A DNA stretch of 57,171 bases from Patescibacteria group bacterium (GTDB lineage Bacteria; Patescibacteriota; Minisyncoccia; JAHISW01; Tagabacteraceae), in assembly GCA_042577045.1 (NCBI GenBank), contig JBHPEK010000003.1, forward strand, positions 1 through 57,171, in the 5' to 3' direction. Under the pieces are notes generated by a model. That model did not search any database. It worked only from the letters and a program-made list of their open reading frames with translations, and was not told where the DNA came from. Both the position numbers and the translations under genes were made by a program. Position 1 is the first letter of the stretch. Every line of letters begins with the position of its first letter. Below, one piece after another: positions 33,101-39,883 of this stretch.

Positions 33101-36100
33101 CATCTACACTCCCACCATTTATAATTACATTACCACCAGATGACACACTGAATCGTTCAACACCAGCGTTTTTAACAGCTAAAAGAGCTTCATCATTGTC
33201 ATTATCATTAGCATCTATTAAGACTCCTGCTCCATCGGTATCATCATTATCAAAAATCCCAGCCCACGCATTGGTATATGAACCCATAATGTGAAGCGCG
33301 GCGGCTGGTGCTGCTTTTCCTATCCCCACATTTCCTGAAAAATATCCAGCTCCGTGAACTGCAAACAGTTGACTTGGACTCGTCGTCCCGATGCCGACGT
33401 TGCCGTTGTTGTCAATCGTTACTACATCACTATTATCATAACCTCTTATAAATAATTTTTGGACATTAGCGTCATAAGTTAATCCAGCTTCAGCAGTATC
33501 GCCACTATCTCCAAACTGAAGTTCAGAATAACCCCCAACATCAGAAGTCAATCTGAATCTGGGATTTGTGTTTCTAATTTGCAAATCACTATCTGGACTC
33601 GTTGTGCCGATGCCGACGTTGCCGTTCGCATCCACTACCATAATTCCCTGATTAGTAGAAGAAGCTATCTGAAAAAATGGAATAGTTGCATCAAGGACAT
33701 TATTTATAACCAAACCGTATTTAGGCGTTGTTGTACCGATGCCGACGTTGCCCCATTGGTCTATTCTCATTCGCTCTCGGAGCACCATTGAACTCCATGT
33801 TTCTTGTGTGCCAAATGTAAGGTGTGACCCAAGACCATAGGCTGTCCCAGAAATAGCTCTGACATAAGCCGAGGTTCTATTACCTACATCCGCATCTCCA
33901 TTATAGAAATCTAATCCTCCAACCAAGACGCCGTTGTCCATGGTAGTATCTGAAGTGCCAAGCATTATTGTTGGCCCAGTAGCTTGGATAAGTGATAATT
34001 CCGTCATAGGCGTAGTCGTACCGATGCCGACGTTGCCGTTGGTAAATAAGAAATCACCTGTACCTGTTGTTTGGAAATCAATATCTGCGCCACTTACTTC
34101 ATTTAAAATATCCATATCTGAATTAGCAGCACTACCCCATCCTAAATAACCAAGACGAGTTCCATTATTCATTACTACTTCTAAAAATCCCGAAGCACTA
34201 ACACCATCAACTGTATCTTGCAATTGAATAACTGGCACTGCGTTATCTATATGCAAAGCCCGTTGTGGCGCCGTCGTCCCGATGCCGACGTTGCCGTCTG
34301 AACCTTGAACAAAAATAGAAGGTGTTGCTGAATTTGGAAAAACTATAAAATCACTATCAACTTGACCTTCATTAAATGTTATGTCAGAAGCACTTAAAGA
34401 CATCATTTTGTTATCACCAGTCCTTTCCCATATTGCAAACTCATCCCCATCACTTCCTATGTCAGCATAACCTTCGCTGTTTTCCATTCTTATTCTTGTT
34501 GAACCTGCTGTTGTTGTTAAGACATGAAGATTTTTTTGTGGACTCGTCGTACCGATGCCGACGTTGCCGCCACTTACTTGTAGAACCAATGGTACAGCAG
34601 CACCATCATAATTCCAAGACTGGACACTTCCATAGCTTTCAGCATCGTTTGCTGCGATATGAACAGCTACTCCAGAACTATCAGCGTCTTTTCTACCAAT
34701 TGTTACCCCAAACCCATCAGTTGGACTATAAAAATTAGCAATCTTTGTACTTGCCGCACCGACAACTTCTAATTTAGATAATGGACTCGTCGTCCCGATG
34801 CCGACGTTGCCTGTACTTGTGATTCTCATTCTTTCAAAAGTATAAGGAGAGGTATCATTGTTTGCGACTTCAAAAGCTAAATACCCATCAACATCATTGT
34901 CGTTACTGTTTTCCTTTTTGCCATGGATTTTAGCAAAATCAACAAGAGCCCCAGTAGTTATATATTTACCACCTAACGCAAGTGACCCACCCACATTAAT
35001 TGCCGCAGCATCACTAGTTGATATATATAAATTCCCATGGTCATTACTAACTGCACCAACTGCTATATTTGCACCGAGTACATGTAATAATTCCGCTGGA
35101 CTCGTCGTCCCGATGCCGACGTTGCCGGAACCACCATCTACAAAGAATTTACTCGTTCCTACTGAAAAGTCTGCTCCTATGGCGTGTGAACCAGTTGTAG
35201 TGGCATTTCCTGTTGTGGTAGCGTTTCCTGTAACACTCAGACTTCCTATCGTGGCAAGTGTGGCATTGAAATCCGCTATCGTCCCTAAGCTTGTTAATGA
35301 CGAAGCAACGACTGAACTACCTAAAGTTGTCGCTGAAAGAATATTGGCGTCATTGATTAGATAAACAGAGCCGGTTGGAATATTGATATTTCCCGTAGAT
35401 AGAGTTAATCCTCCACTGAAAGTAGATGTGGCATTGTTTCCAAGTATAGTAGTCGTCGCTGTTCCTCCAACATACAAAGTATCAAAGACTGAAAGTCTGG
35501 TTGTTGACGCTTGAACGAAAGCAAGAAGATCCGGAAGATCTAAAGTGACTGTTCCATCTCCGTCATCAGTTACAGTAAGTTCGTTTGCTGTGCCTGTTAT
35601 CCACGAATTGATATCTGTGTCTGTAATGATTTTGTTTGAGTCTAGAGAAAGAAGTCTAGACGCGTTTAGATTTTGCAGAGTAGTGTTGCGAGAGACAAGA
35701 AGATCGGTGGTGGAAGCAGTGGTAACGGTGACCATCGTAGTTGAGGCGTATGGAAAAGTAGAAGCCACAGTAGTAGATGTAGCGGTGTAATAGTTTGCTG
35801 AAATGTCTTGATTGAAAACTCCTCGTCCGTCCACGGCTAATTTGGCATATGGTGAAGTGGTTCCAATTCCCACATTCCCATCCGAACTAATAAATATTGT
35901 AGAAGTAGCTTGGGCTATACCACTATCATCTCCAATGATGAAGTTTCCTTTTGTTAGAGCAATGTCTGTTACTGAAATACTACCAGATGGAAAATCTACC
36001 CAAGATGTCGCTTGAAGACCTGTGGTTGTTAAATATGGAAGAGTTGAGGTAGATGTAGTAGTGGCTGTAAAATATGCAGAGACTGTTTCTCCGACAACAG

Positions 36101-37904
36101 ACAATTTGGCATATGGAGAGGTAGAACCAATACCGACGTTGTTATTGTATGAATCTACAAAAAGAGTGTTGGTGTCTACAATAAAATCATCATTGACGGT
36201 AGTGGTTGCGTTAAAGGTGGTAAGACCTGTGTAGTTTTGTGTTCCTCCCACGGAGAAGTTGCCGACCACAGACAAGTTTCCACCAACGGAACCCTCACCA
36301 GAAGTTGAAAATGTTTCTAAGTCTGCATTTCCTGAGACTATTGGTGTGGAGATAGTTGGTGTCGCTATGGTTGGTCGATTGATATAGCTGACTATTTGGG
36401 TTTGGGCTAGTTTTTGCGTATTAGATTCAAATTTTCTTAAAAGTTCTTTTTTAACATCTTCTACCTGAGACAAAAGGTGTAAATTTAAAGTATCTAATTT
36501 GGTATCAACTTCGGCCTCTGTTAATTCAGAAAGAATTTTTTCAACAGTATGCTCTACAACTGTTTGGGTAACTTTTACTCCTGATGTCTGTAAAAAGTCT
36601 AATTCTGACCTAATGTCTTTTATTAAATCCGTTTCTGTCTCTCCTATTCTTTCATCTTTTTCTTTATAAACAAAATTTTTGGTAGTTCTCTGCAACTCAT
36701 CAACCCACCCAAGAACTACTTCCTTCACATTATGCGGGAATAGTACATAGCTGTCCTTTATCTCTTTGGATACTATTCTTGTAAGATTTTTTGTTTTTCC
36801 AGCATACCCCTTAACCTCTCTCCCAAAATCAACAATATTTTCCGTCGTAACTTCTGCAAAATCCTTTGTTCCCTCAACAGCGTTTGATATTGTGGCTGAC
36901 CAGTTGGTATGAGAAACACTTAAACCATCTGATGTAAAACGAAAACTATCTTTGACCGGCGGATTCATAGCCAAAGCTATTTTAGATCGGACATTTTTCT
37001 CAACTTCTCTTAGCTCTATTTGTGGCAAGGAAACAATATCTAATGGGGCAATTTTAAGTCCGGCAATGTCGTCATTTGGAGAACCTACGACTTTGTAATA
37101 AATATCTATCTGTTTGTCGTAAACGATTTCCTGCAACTCACCCTTGTCTAGAAGATTTTTAAGACCAGAAATTTTTATATAGACAAAGTTAACTCCACCA
37201 TCAAACTTACTACTAACACCCAAAGAAATTTCTTCAAATCTGTTGGCAACTTTTTCACGTAATGCCAACGAATTCTGATAAAAACTTTTTCTATCCACAA
37301 ACGATTTTATTTTATAAGAAAAATTTTCTACACTGCGCATTGACCTTGCCAAAGGATTAGCAACAATGTCCAGGTTTTCCGCAAATGAAAAAATATTTTT
37401 TTGAGTATCATTAGTAAAACTTATCACCGAGTCTTTGGCGGAGGCTATAATTTTTTTAGAAAAATTTGAAAAACTAAATCCAGAAGCTTGAACCGTCGTG
37501 TAAAAAACAATGAGAGATAAAATTGCAAAAGAAGTGACAAAAATTTTCTTCCCACCAAAAACGTGGCTTCTAACTGGAACTGGAGCTGGAGGCTCTGGAG
37601 GCTCTTGAAGACCTTGAGGCTTTGGAAAAATTTTTTCAATTACCCCATTATTATTCTTGTATGCCTTTTCAACTTCTTTTTGATAATTTTCTATCCACTC
37701 TTTTTTTGTAAGCCATCTTTTTCCAACCCTTTCAGACTTTAATTTGCCTTGGCGACAAAGCAAACCCAAGTGATGTTGAGTGTATCCAAAGGATTTAGAT
37801 GCAACTTTTAACGAGATCAAATCCTCGTCTTTTTCAACACCATTGTCGGGACAAATTGGTGCATCTTCAACATTATGAATTTTTTGAATATCTGGCTTAA
37901 CCAT
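24156..37904 (-). CDS. Giant (4,582 aa) membrane-anchored surface protein: N-terminal HTH, 1 TM, coiled region, ~43 tail-fibre-like GNVGIGTTSP repeats, S74-type intramolecular chaperone domain, DUF5011-like Ig domain, acidic tail
   Basis: Uninterrupted 13.7-kb ORF. The HTH-like segment is aa ~28-72 (nt 37689-37823). The TM helix is aa ~121-139. The motif G-N-V-G-I-G-T-T-S-P-x-x-x-L-x-V recurs throughout. STREAKKDI...LGLIAEEAP...LAGVQEQQKKIDDLE lies at nt ~24925-25225. PPVIELLGNNPANLDLNATYSDMGATITDNVD lies at nt ~24355-24625. Confidence 0.9.
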   Translation of the reverse strand: MVKPDIQKIHNVEDAPICPDNGVEKDEDLISLKVASKSFGYTQHHLGLLCRQGKLKSERVGKRWLTKKEWIENYQKEVEKAYKNNNGVIEKIFPKPQGLQEPPEPPAPVPVRSHVFGGKKIFVTSFAILSLIVFYTTVQASGFSFSNFSKKIIASAKDSVISFTNDTQKNIFSFAENLDIVANPLARSMRSVENFSYKIKSFVDRKSFYQNSLALREKVANRFEEISLGVSSKFDGGVNFVYIKISGLKNLLDKGELQEIVYDKQIDIYYKVVGSPNDDIAGLKIAPLDIVSLPQIELREVEKNVRSKIALAMNPPVKDSFRFTSDGLSVSHTNWSATISNAVEGTKDFAEVTTENIVDFGREVKGYAGKTKNLTRIVSKEIKDSYVLFPHNVKEVVLGWVDELQRTTKNFVYKEKDERIGETETDLIKDIRSELDFLQTSGVKVTQTVVEHTVEKILSELTEAEVDTKLDTLNLHLLSQVEDVKKELLRKFESNTQKLAQTQIVSYINRPTIATPTISTPIVSGNADLETFSTSGEGSVGGNLSVVGNFSVGGTQNYTGLTTFNATTTVNDDFIVDTNTLFVDSYNNNVGIGSTSPYAKLSVVGETVSAYFTATTTSTSTLPYLTTTGLQATSWVDFPSGSISVTDIALTKGNFIIGDDSGIAQATSTIFISSDGNVGIGTTSPYAKLAVDGRGVFNQDISANYYTATSTTVASTFPYASTTMVTVTTASTTDLLVSRNTTLQNLNASRLLSLDSNKIITDTDINSWITGTANELTVTDDGDGTVTLDLPDLLAFVQASTTRLSVFDTLYVGGTATTTILGNNATSTFSGGLTLSTGNINIPTGSVYLINDANILSATTLGSSVVASSLTSLGTIADFNATLATIGSLSVTGNATTTGNATTTGSHAIGADFSVGTSKFFVDGGSGNVGIGTTSPAELLHVLGANIAVGAVSNDHGNLYISTSDAAAINVGGSLALGGKYITTGALVDFAKIHGKKENSNDNDVDGYLAFEVANNDTSPYTFERMRITSTGNVGIGTTSPLSKLEVVGAASTKIANFYSPTDGFGVTIGRKDADSSGVAVHIAANDAESYGSVQSWNYDGAAVPLVLQVSGGNVGIGTTSPQKNLHVLTTTAGSTRIRMENSEGYADIGSDGDEFAIWERTGDNKMMSLSASDITFNEGQVDSDFIVFPNSATPSIFVQGSDGNVGIGTTAPQRALHIDNAVPVIQLQDTVDGVSASGFLEVVMNNGTRLGYLGWGSAANSDMDILNEVSGADIDFQTTGTGDFLFTNGNVGIGTTTPMTELSLIQATGPTIMLGTSDTTMDNGVLVGGLDFYNGDADVGNRTSAYVRAISGTAYGLGSHLTFGTQETWSSMVLRERMRIDQWGNVGIGTTTPKYGLVINNVLDATIPFFQIASSTNQGIMVVDANGNVGIGTTSPDSDLQIRNTNPRFRLTSDVGGYSELQFGDSGDTAEAGLTYDANVQKLFIRGYDNSDVVTIDNNGNVGIGTTSPSQLFAVHGAGYFSGNVGIGKAAPAAALHIMGSYTNAWAGIFDNDDTDGAGVLIDANDNDNDEALLAVKNAGVERFSVSSGGNVIINGGSVDADTTINWDSGTALFVQGSDGNVGIGTTSPGALLDVFDGNLILSDNDVAHGMTTLLPTNAFGQFNVAQATQGGMAIWGLSDTDDSGLEIYGIIGDTDPTDTIPAILMAGAKKDGTGWEALGASETVFQLYNFGTELVTVLGNGNVGIGTTSPDHPLHVESTAFPTALFSGTAGTTQIRVDGVNGGNLQLSKGGANVYEIYTSGDDLRFYGTEGTDGDRVTFTGDGNVGIGTTTPSFELEVEQSTDGSDGIVLSNAVSGVRVVNMGTDGSGDGNFGIRDSSGALKIQFHADSGTDSYINNGGNVGIGTTSPFAVLAVTSSGTGNTTRAFLVADSNDSPKMVVLDDGNVGIGKVAPNRKFVVTDAADILLERFDATTEAGNLLGRLMFDAVDKASSVDASVSIEGYASQDHSATAKGGYLVFKIKADGTDDSAVATERMRINHDGNVGIGTTTPIGKLSITGTEYEDFWFQRSTAITNALRAGAHFVHKSTGDAVDGFGSGIVFDMADATNDASTVNASGMLGYIGGVRAGADNTGDLVFMPTTAGTASEKVRIQSDGNIGIGTTSPSSKFEVVTSADDGVIYGTTYATAPGDYQLLILRTSDSDTVGTVSTTQDGDSLAAIQFRGVDSGNNFDKGAVIDVIQDGAAGNYVPSIMKLYTYSSTAQNIDQLVLANDGNVGIGTTSPDHQLHLYGGRLVVDDYEQGISGYGSVTIGGTDNNGVAWFYDSNGDTGVNINAGATSYFNGGNVGIGTTSPAAVLEVDGDVRFAEGANYNGFFYDATDGELGLGTTTPGKILHIVAPNFVANSSNPLVHINNQDINDAQSSGLLITAGVNTSDKSLLVESTAGNDLFTIDGSGKFIATATNFIANNSTPTFTIQNLDITAGQSSGLLITAGVDSSDNSLLVESTAGNDLFTIDGSGKFIATATNFIANNSTPTFTIQNLDITAGQSSGLLITAGVDSSDNSLLVESTAGTDFFKIDGSGTAYLKGNVGVGTSTPAALLQVLSAGTAPQLILTDSSGGSDLKHMYASSTLGSLAFGEYDDALSIYTERFRIDASGNIGIGTTSPQGILHVMGNAVDMILERTTADVYPFVIQGRKARGVGTVVNDNDQLLRIDGRAHDGTDYGTTPARILFEVDDAAPTGSSIGGAIAFSTAAGAGADDITEVMRIDNNGNVGIGSTSPWGLLSVNSPGATNPFVIGSSTTQFIVTDTGSVGIGTANPAYNLDVTGSLGASGNIVSTGYYYTYNGTVYSKTLTDSGDYDYYIDLNNTTKSMVTAGNVGIGTTSPAYLLDVDGGFRVGTTTNANQLVVDPDSGKVGIGTTSPWGLLSVNSPGGINPFVIGSSTTQFIVLENGSVGIGTEAPTGKLLVIGDRNATLGNLSQGVLNIISADGPYINEHISLNFAAGDTNTNAVASIALKWTAADVLGKGDLLFSTRNVTSDTAPTERMRITTDGNVGIGSTSPWGLLSVNSPGATNPFVIGSSTTQFIVTDTGSVGIGTANPAYNLDVTGSLGASGNIVSTGYYYTYNGTVYSKTLTDSGDYDYYIDLNNTTKSMVTAGNVGIGTTSPAYLLDVDGDFRVGEAGSSDVFFVDATAGNVGIGTTSPWGLLAVEQGTETNSFVVSNSGSSTPSFVVSGVNGNGHVGIGTAAPDHILHIRQTNDGGSTDIELLNSAAPGSTDETTRIQFSQTTGVSAGAIIAGREDTYLSSATSDSYLAFLTALDQVPTEWMRITSAGNVGIGTTSPLSTLSIEAGNAKALSLYRAGDVILEMTGAGTVGNSWRLEIENDTGDFEIQDDTAETVPFVIERSSGNVGIGLIDPSHILTTAVNNNSYIHLLNASNSLGTPYTGILLSNYALPSTYVKAGIFFKMTESNRNRGQLQFALDPNDSNSNVQSDIDTNTVMTINYSGNVGIGTTGPDTKLEVISNNAQTTDEDVIKISMNGAPWNAGVYRGIAWSDSSHTAANPYGAIRLEPNAGGDWNMDFLTTTDTGATQTQVMRLTDNGNVGIGTTSPAYLLDVDGDFRVGEAGSSDVFFVDATAGNVGIGTASPDTKLDVEGTIQISGTGSSLKFLAGLESVPTNDGSPYIYRSGTDGGTYPFDAFGHLVLQPRTSLDRDIVFMAGSTTPSTIMTIQGSSGNVGIGSTTPWGKLSITGDGTTTGRAFVIADSNDSPKFTVLDNGNVGIGTTGPLAPFHVKTGTGGGSTLGTNADEFVVEGSGQTGITILTATDERGNLYFGDGQAAPAQGRVVYNHDGDEMSFWTVSTEQMTIDNGGNVGIGTTSPGALLDVYSTTQYAGSILIGNNSPSFAGNYTGSSEGVLLGAASDSNKLVTGDVAGDAVLRHVAGKFYIARSAANIDMTVDANGNVGIGTTSPVRTLDVYGGAKVCILSDGSCPQTNTDGNIYATSRSGGAVDVAEWFKVAQVNLSAEGKSTLEPGDIVCSISESNKVARCRTAQNNTILGAVSTNPHLTMGAEYQGDDAERIALTGRVPIKITLENGNIEPGDKISLSNLLRGVGKKAEKGEEFVGIAMEDFDENSPLEFVEDNEDNVISSDPSLKTQEVFDSESGRWKTGRISVLIILGQSNYVDASSMFIGEDGNVGIGADFGVGTSTPEYKLHVLGDVAAEGFVNISTREAKKDIMYLDEEEKADVLDKIKEMKVAKYNYLNDQDTRDNNQTPLRLGLIAEEAPIEILSLDGKGVDLYKLTTFVLAGVQEQQKKIDDLELRLQSLEVGLTTTSLPAGQAGVPSTTSIFDTLLEWLRDKILTVKSLFVDDEVCVGSTCINEEQLKELLLNAGLESTTTTPTESSSTSDVLPSSETDSSSTSDVSPDSEPPVIELLGNNPANLDLNATYSDMGATITDNVDTNLGYKVILNDGPEIYPNELSLDTSTTTTHTITFTATDQAGNTGITTREVIIINNQETITNEEPELPTPAPGGVEDPRSFTESEILESIGAEAEEDESQATTTPEVIIEPEPEPVATTTPTD
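24883..24910. repeat. GC-rich hairpin element CCTGCC-n-GGCAGG+CAGGCTTGTTG, copy embedded in the giant ORF (encodes TSLPAGQAG)
   Basis: It shares an exact 17-mer and the hairpin arms with 10552-10578. Confidence 0.75.
26965..27105. repeat. 141-nt intragenic repeat, copy 1
   Basis: It matches 28297-28437 with 1 mismatch by eye, offset 1332 nt (in frame). Confidence 0.85.
28297..28437. repeat. 141-nt intragenic repeat, copy 2
   Basis: See 26965-27105. Confidence 0.85.
28419..28753. repeat. 335-nt intragenic repeat, copy A
   Basis: It matches 29262-29596 with 1 mismatch by eye, offset 843 nt (in frame). Confidence 0.85.
29262..29596. repeat. 335-nt intragenic repeat, copy B
   Basis: See 28419-28753. 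Confidence 0.85.
30193..30570. repeat. Two identical tandem 189-nt (63-codon) units, with degenerate units on both sides (~30140-30760)
   Basis: CCCGCAGTACTCTCAAC... restarts at 30193, 30382 and 30571. The first two units are identical by eye. Confidence 0.9.
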
Positions 37905-38074
37905 AAGGTTTTATATCCTATATTTTACAGTAAAGTTAACAAAAAAAGTATAAGAAAATTTTTAAAAAACAAGCCAAAATCTTTTCAATTTCTTTTAAAT
38001 GAATATACTGCTAAACAATAGGCGTGAAACTCTGCGTGTAACAATACAAAAAAGCCCCAACTTAGGGCAAATTA

Positions 38075-38085
38075 TAGTTATCCAC
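38075..38085. promoter_or_regulatory. 11-mer AGTTATCCACA (reverse complement of TGTGGATAACT), copy 2
   Basis: It lies in the intergenic region between the wHTH gene stop (38095) and the giant gene start (37904). Confidence 0.5.
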
Positions 38086-38094
38086 AAATGACTT

Positions 38095-38679
38095 TTAGAA
38101 ACTTAACTTGTTCAATATTTTTTGATGAGGATAGTCTAAAATATCTCTTATAAATTTATCGCAAATATTTAAACGATAAACAAAATCAGATGTCTCAAAA
38201 ATGGCATAAGCAAGTTCTTTTCCAACTTCTGCTTCTACTTCTTTTAGAACTTTCTCAAGCAAATTTTTACGAATTTTATCACCAACGATTAAAATATCTA
38301 TCCTGCTAGCATCATTCTTAATAAAAATCCCAGACAAAACTATAAGCTTCATACGTCCCGCACTATTTGCCTTTTTTAAAAAATCTGTTTTTGAAAATGG
38401 AGTAGTGTCTAAAATTAATTCCTTCAATGGCTTTAGCATTGTAAAAGATTTATTTAAAACCCATCCTTCTACTTTCTTTTCATTCTTAGTAATTTTTTTC
38501 TTTCGTAAGAAATTAATATTCTTAAGTAAATTTATTTCTTTTCTAACTACTGTTATTTGCATCTTGGCACGCTCGGAAATATCTTTAATCGAAAAAACAC
38601 ATTCACCGTTCAACAAGAAAAGTCTTAAAATCTTAAGTCTTTCTTTTGAACCAAATAATTTTGATAAAACATTATCCAT
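38095..38679 (-). CDS. Winged-helix (ArsR-like) DNA-binding protein with an uncharacterised C-terminal domain
   Basis: The N-terminal RLKILRLFLLN....SIKDISERAKMQITVVRKEINLL pattern is typical of wHTH regulators. Confidence 0.6.
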   Translation of the reverse strand: MDNVLSKLFGSKERLKILRLFLLNGECVFSIKDISERAKMQITVVRKEINLLKNINFLRKKKITKNEKKVEGWVLNKSFTMLKPLKELILDTTPFSKTDFLKKANSAGRMKLIVLSGIFIKNDASRIDILIVGDKIRKNLLEKVLKEVEAEVGKELAYAIFETSDFVYRLNICDKFIRDILDYPHQKILNKLSF

Positions 38680-38701
38680 CTCATTAATAGTTTTAAAAAA
38701 T

Positions 38702-38736
38702 AAAAGGGTAATATATCACTAACATATTACCCTTTT
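38702..38736 (-). terminator. Hairpin AAAAGGGTAATAT-n9-ATATTACCCTTTT after rplL
   Basis: 13-bp perfect stem flanked by T-runs on both strands, 22 nt after the rplL stop. Confidence 0.7.
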
Positions 38737-38757
38737 ATTTTTTGTATCGCAAGTCGT

Positions 38758-39183
38758 CTACTTAACTTCTACCGTAGCTCCTGCTTCTTCCAATTTTTTC
38801 TTTAACTCTTCTGCTTCTTCTGGGCTCAAATTTTCTTTTATCATTTTAGGAGCACTATCAACCAATTCTTTGGCTTCTTTTAGACCCAGATCTAAAACCT
38901 CTTTGACAACCTTAATTACTTGAATTTTCTGATCACCAACAGCCTTTAACTCTACATTTTTTGGAACATCTTCGTCAGCACCCGCGTCAGAAGCAACTGC
39001 TTGCCCTGAACCTACCGAAGAAGCCATCATCTGCGCCGAAACACCAAACTTATCTTCTAAAATTTTAACTAATTCTGAAAGCTCTAGAACACTCATATTT
39101 TCTACTTGTTCAACGAGCGTTTTAAACTTTTCAGGAACTTCTACCGCAGTCCCCTTTTCTTCTTTTTTTATTTCTTCTGTCAT
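38758..39183 (-). CDS. rplL: 50S ribosomal protein L7/L12
   Basis: It has the L12 N-terminal dimerisation helix, an Ala/Gly hinge and a C-terminal domain ([10 protein letters not shown]...[10 protein letters not shown]). Confidence 0.95.
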   Translation of the reverse strand: MTEEIKKEEKGTAVEVPEKFKTLVEQVENMSVLELSELVKILEDKFGVSAQMMASSVGSGQAVASDAGADEDVPKNVELKAVGDQKIQVIKVVKEVLDLGLKEAKELVDSAPKMIKENLSPEEAEELKKKLEEAGATVEVK

Positions 39184-39229
39184 AATAAATTTAGTTCTTA
39201 GTTCCTAGCCACTAGTGGCTAGTGGCTAA

Positions 39230-39748
39230 TTACTTGATTTGTCTTAACACGTTAATAAAGTCTCTAATTGGCGCCTGCAACACTCCGACCGTTTGTTGCT
39301 TAGGCGCATTAATAACATTTACAAACTGCCATATTAAAACTTCTCTTGTTGGCAATTGAGCAAGTTTAGAAATAACCCCACCATCAACAAAAGAATTTTC
39401 AAAAACACCTCCAAGTAAATCTAAAACCTTTTTATTCTTACTAAACTCAAAAAGTGACCTAATGGAAGCAAGCTCATCCCCTCCGCCCAAGGCGGAAAAA
39501 ACAAGAGCAATTTCCCCCTCAAGATTTGGTATCTCGCCTCCAAACTTAAAATCTTTTAAAACCTTCTTGGCTAGTGTTTTTTTAACAACAACATATTTGG
39601 CACCAGTGCCTCGCACCAAACCCCTAAGTTCTTGCGTCAAGGCAGAAGTTAAACCATGAAAATTAACAAAGATAATAACCTTAGATTTTTCCACTAAATC
39701 TTTTAAATCTTTTAAAATTTGTTCCTTTTTTTCTTTAGTTAAAGCCAT
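39230..39748 (-). CDS. rplJ: 50S ribosomal protein L10
   Basis: The L10-like sequence starts at MALTKEKKEQIL, an internal Met of the 39814 ORF. It lies immediately upstream of rplL. Confidence 0.9.
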   Translation of the reverse strand: MALTKEKKEQILKDLKDLVEKSKVIIFVNFHGLTSALTQELRGLVRGTGAKYVVVKKTLAKKVLKDFKFGGEIPNLEGEIALVFSALGGGDELASIRSLFEFSKNKKVLDLLGGVFENSFVDGGVISKLAQLPTREVLIWQFVNVINAPKQQTVGVLQAPIRDFINVLRQIK

Positions 39749-39855
39749 TGATTGTTTTTTAAGAAATAAATAATAAAAATAGCAGCTCAAATAGCCGCTA
39801 TTATTGTGTCTCAATAGGTCTTATGGAACGCCTATTTTCTGCGACTATTAATTAT

Positions 39856-39883
39856 AGTATAGTCACATTCTTTAAAAGGTCAA
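39856..39883 (-). promoter_or_regulatory. Candidate promoter TTGACC-16 nt-TATACT for rplJL, followed by a structured ~105-nt leader
   Basis: Hexamers read on the minus strand. The -35 overlaps the aminotransferase stop. The leader has two hairpins and could be an L10-leader-type element (not verified). Confidence 0.4.

Noticed and set aside
25990-36150. A regularly recurring ~29-nt repeat that might suggest a CRISPR array
   Set aside because: Spacing is irregular (about 110-400 nt). The repeats lie in one continuous ORF and encode the GNVGIGTTSP motif. No cas genes are present.
24228-36234. About 30 plus-strand ORFs (60-168 aa), many starting MPTLP..., opposite the giant gene
   Set aside because: They are shadow ORFs. 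The conserved motif CCGATGCCGACGTTGCC carries an ATG on the plus strand, and the GC-rich repeats suppress stop codons. All are fully contained in the intact 13.7-kb minus-strand ORF.
22301-37904. A diversity-generating retroelement (Avd-family four-helix bundle next to a giant surface protein)
   Set aside because: No reverse transcriptase ORF (no YxDD-type protein) is in the window. The near-identical repeat pairs differ by single random substitutions rather than adenine-specific TR/VR mismatches. An RT outside the window cannot be excluded.
24156-37904. Prophage or tail-fibre gene of an integrated phage
   Set aside because: No capsid, portal, terminase, tail tube, baseplate, lysis or integrase genes flank it. 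The neighbours are rplJL, rRNA and housekeeping genes. The protein has an N-terminal membrane anchor.
39207-39229. GCCACTAGTGGCTAGTGGCT between rplL and rplJ resembles a string in a 23S expansion (about 18080-18110)
   Set aside because: The match is short, imperfect and low-complexity (CTAG-rich). This is insufficient to claim a repeat family.
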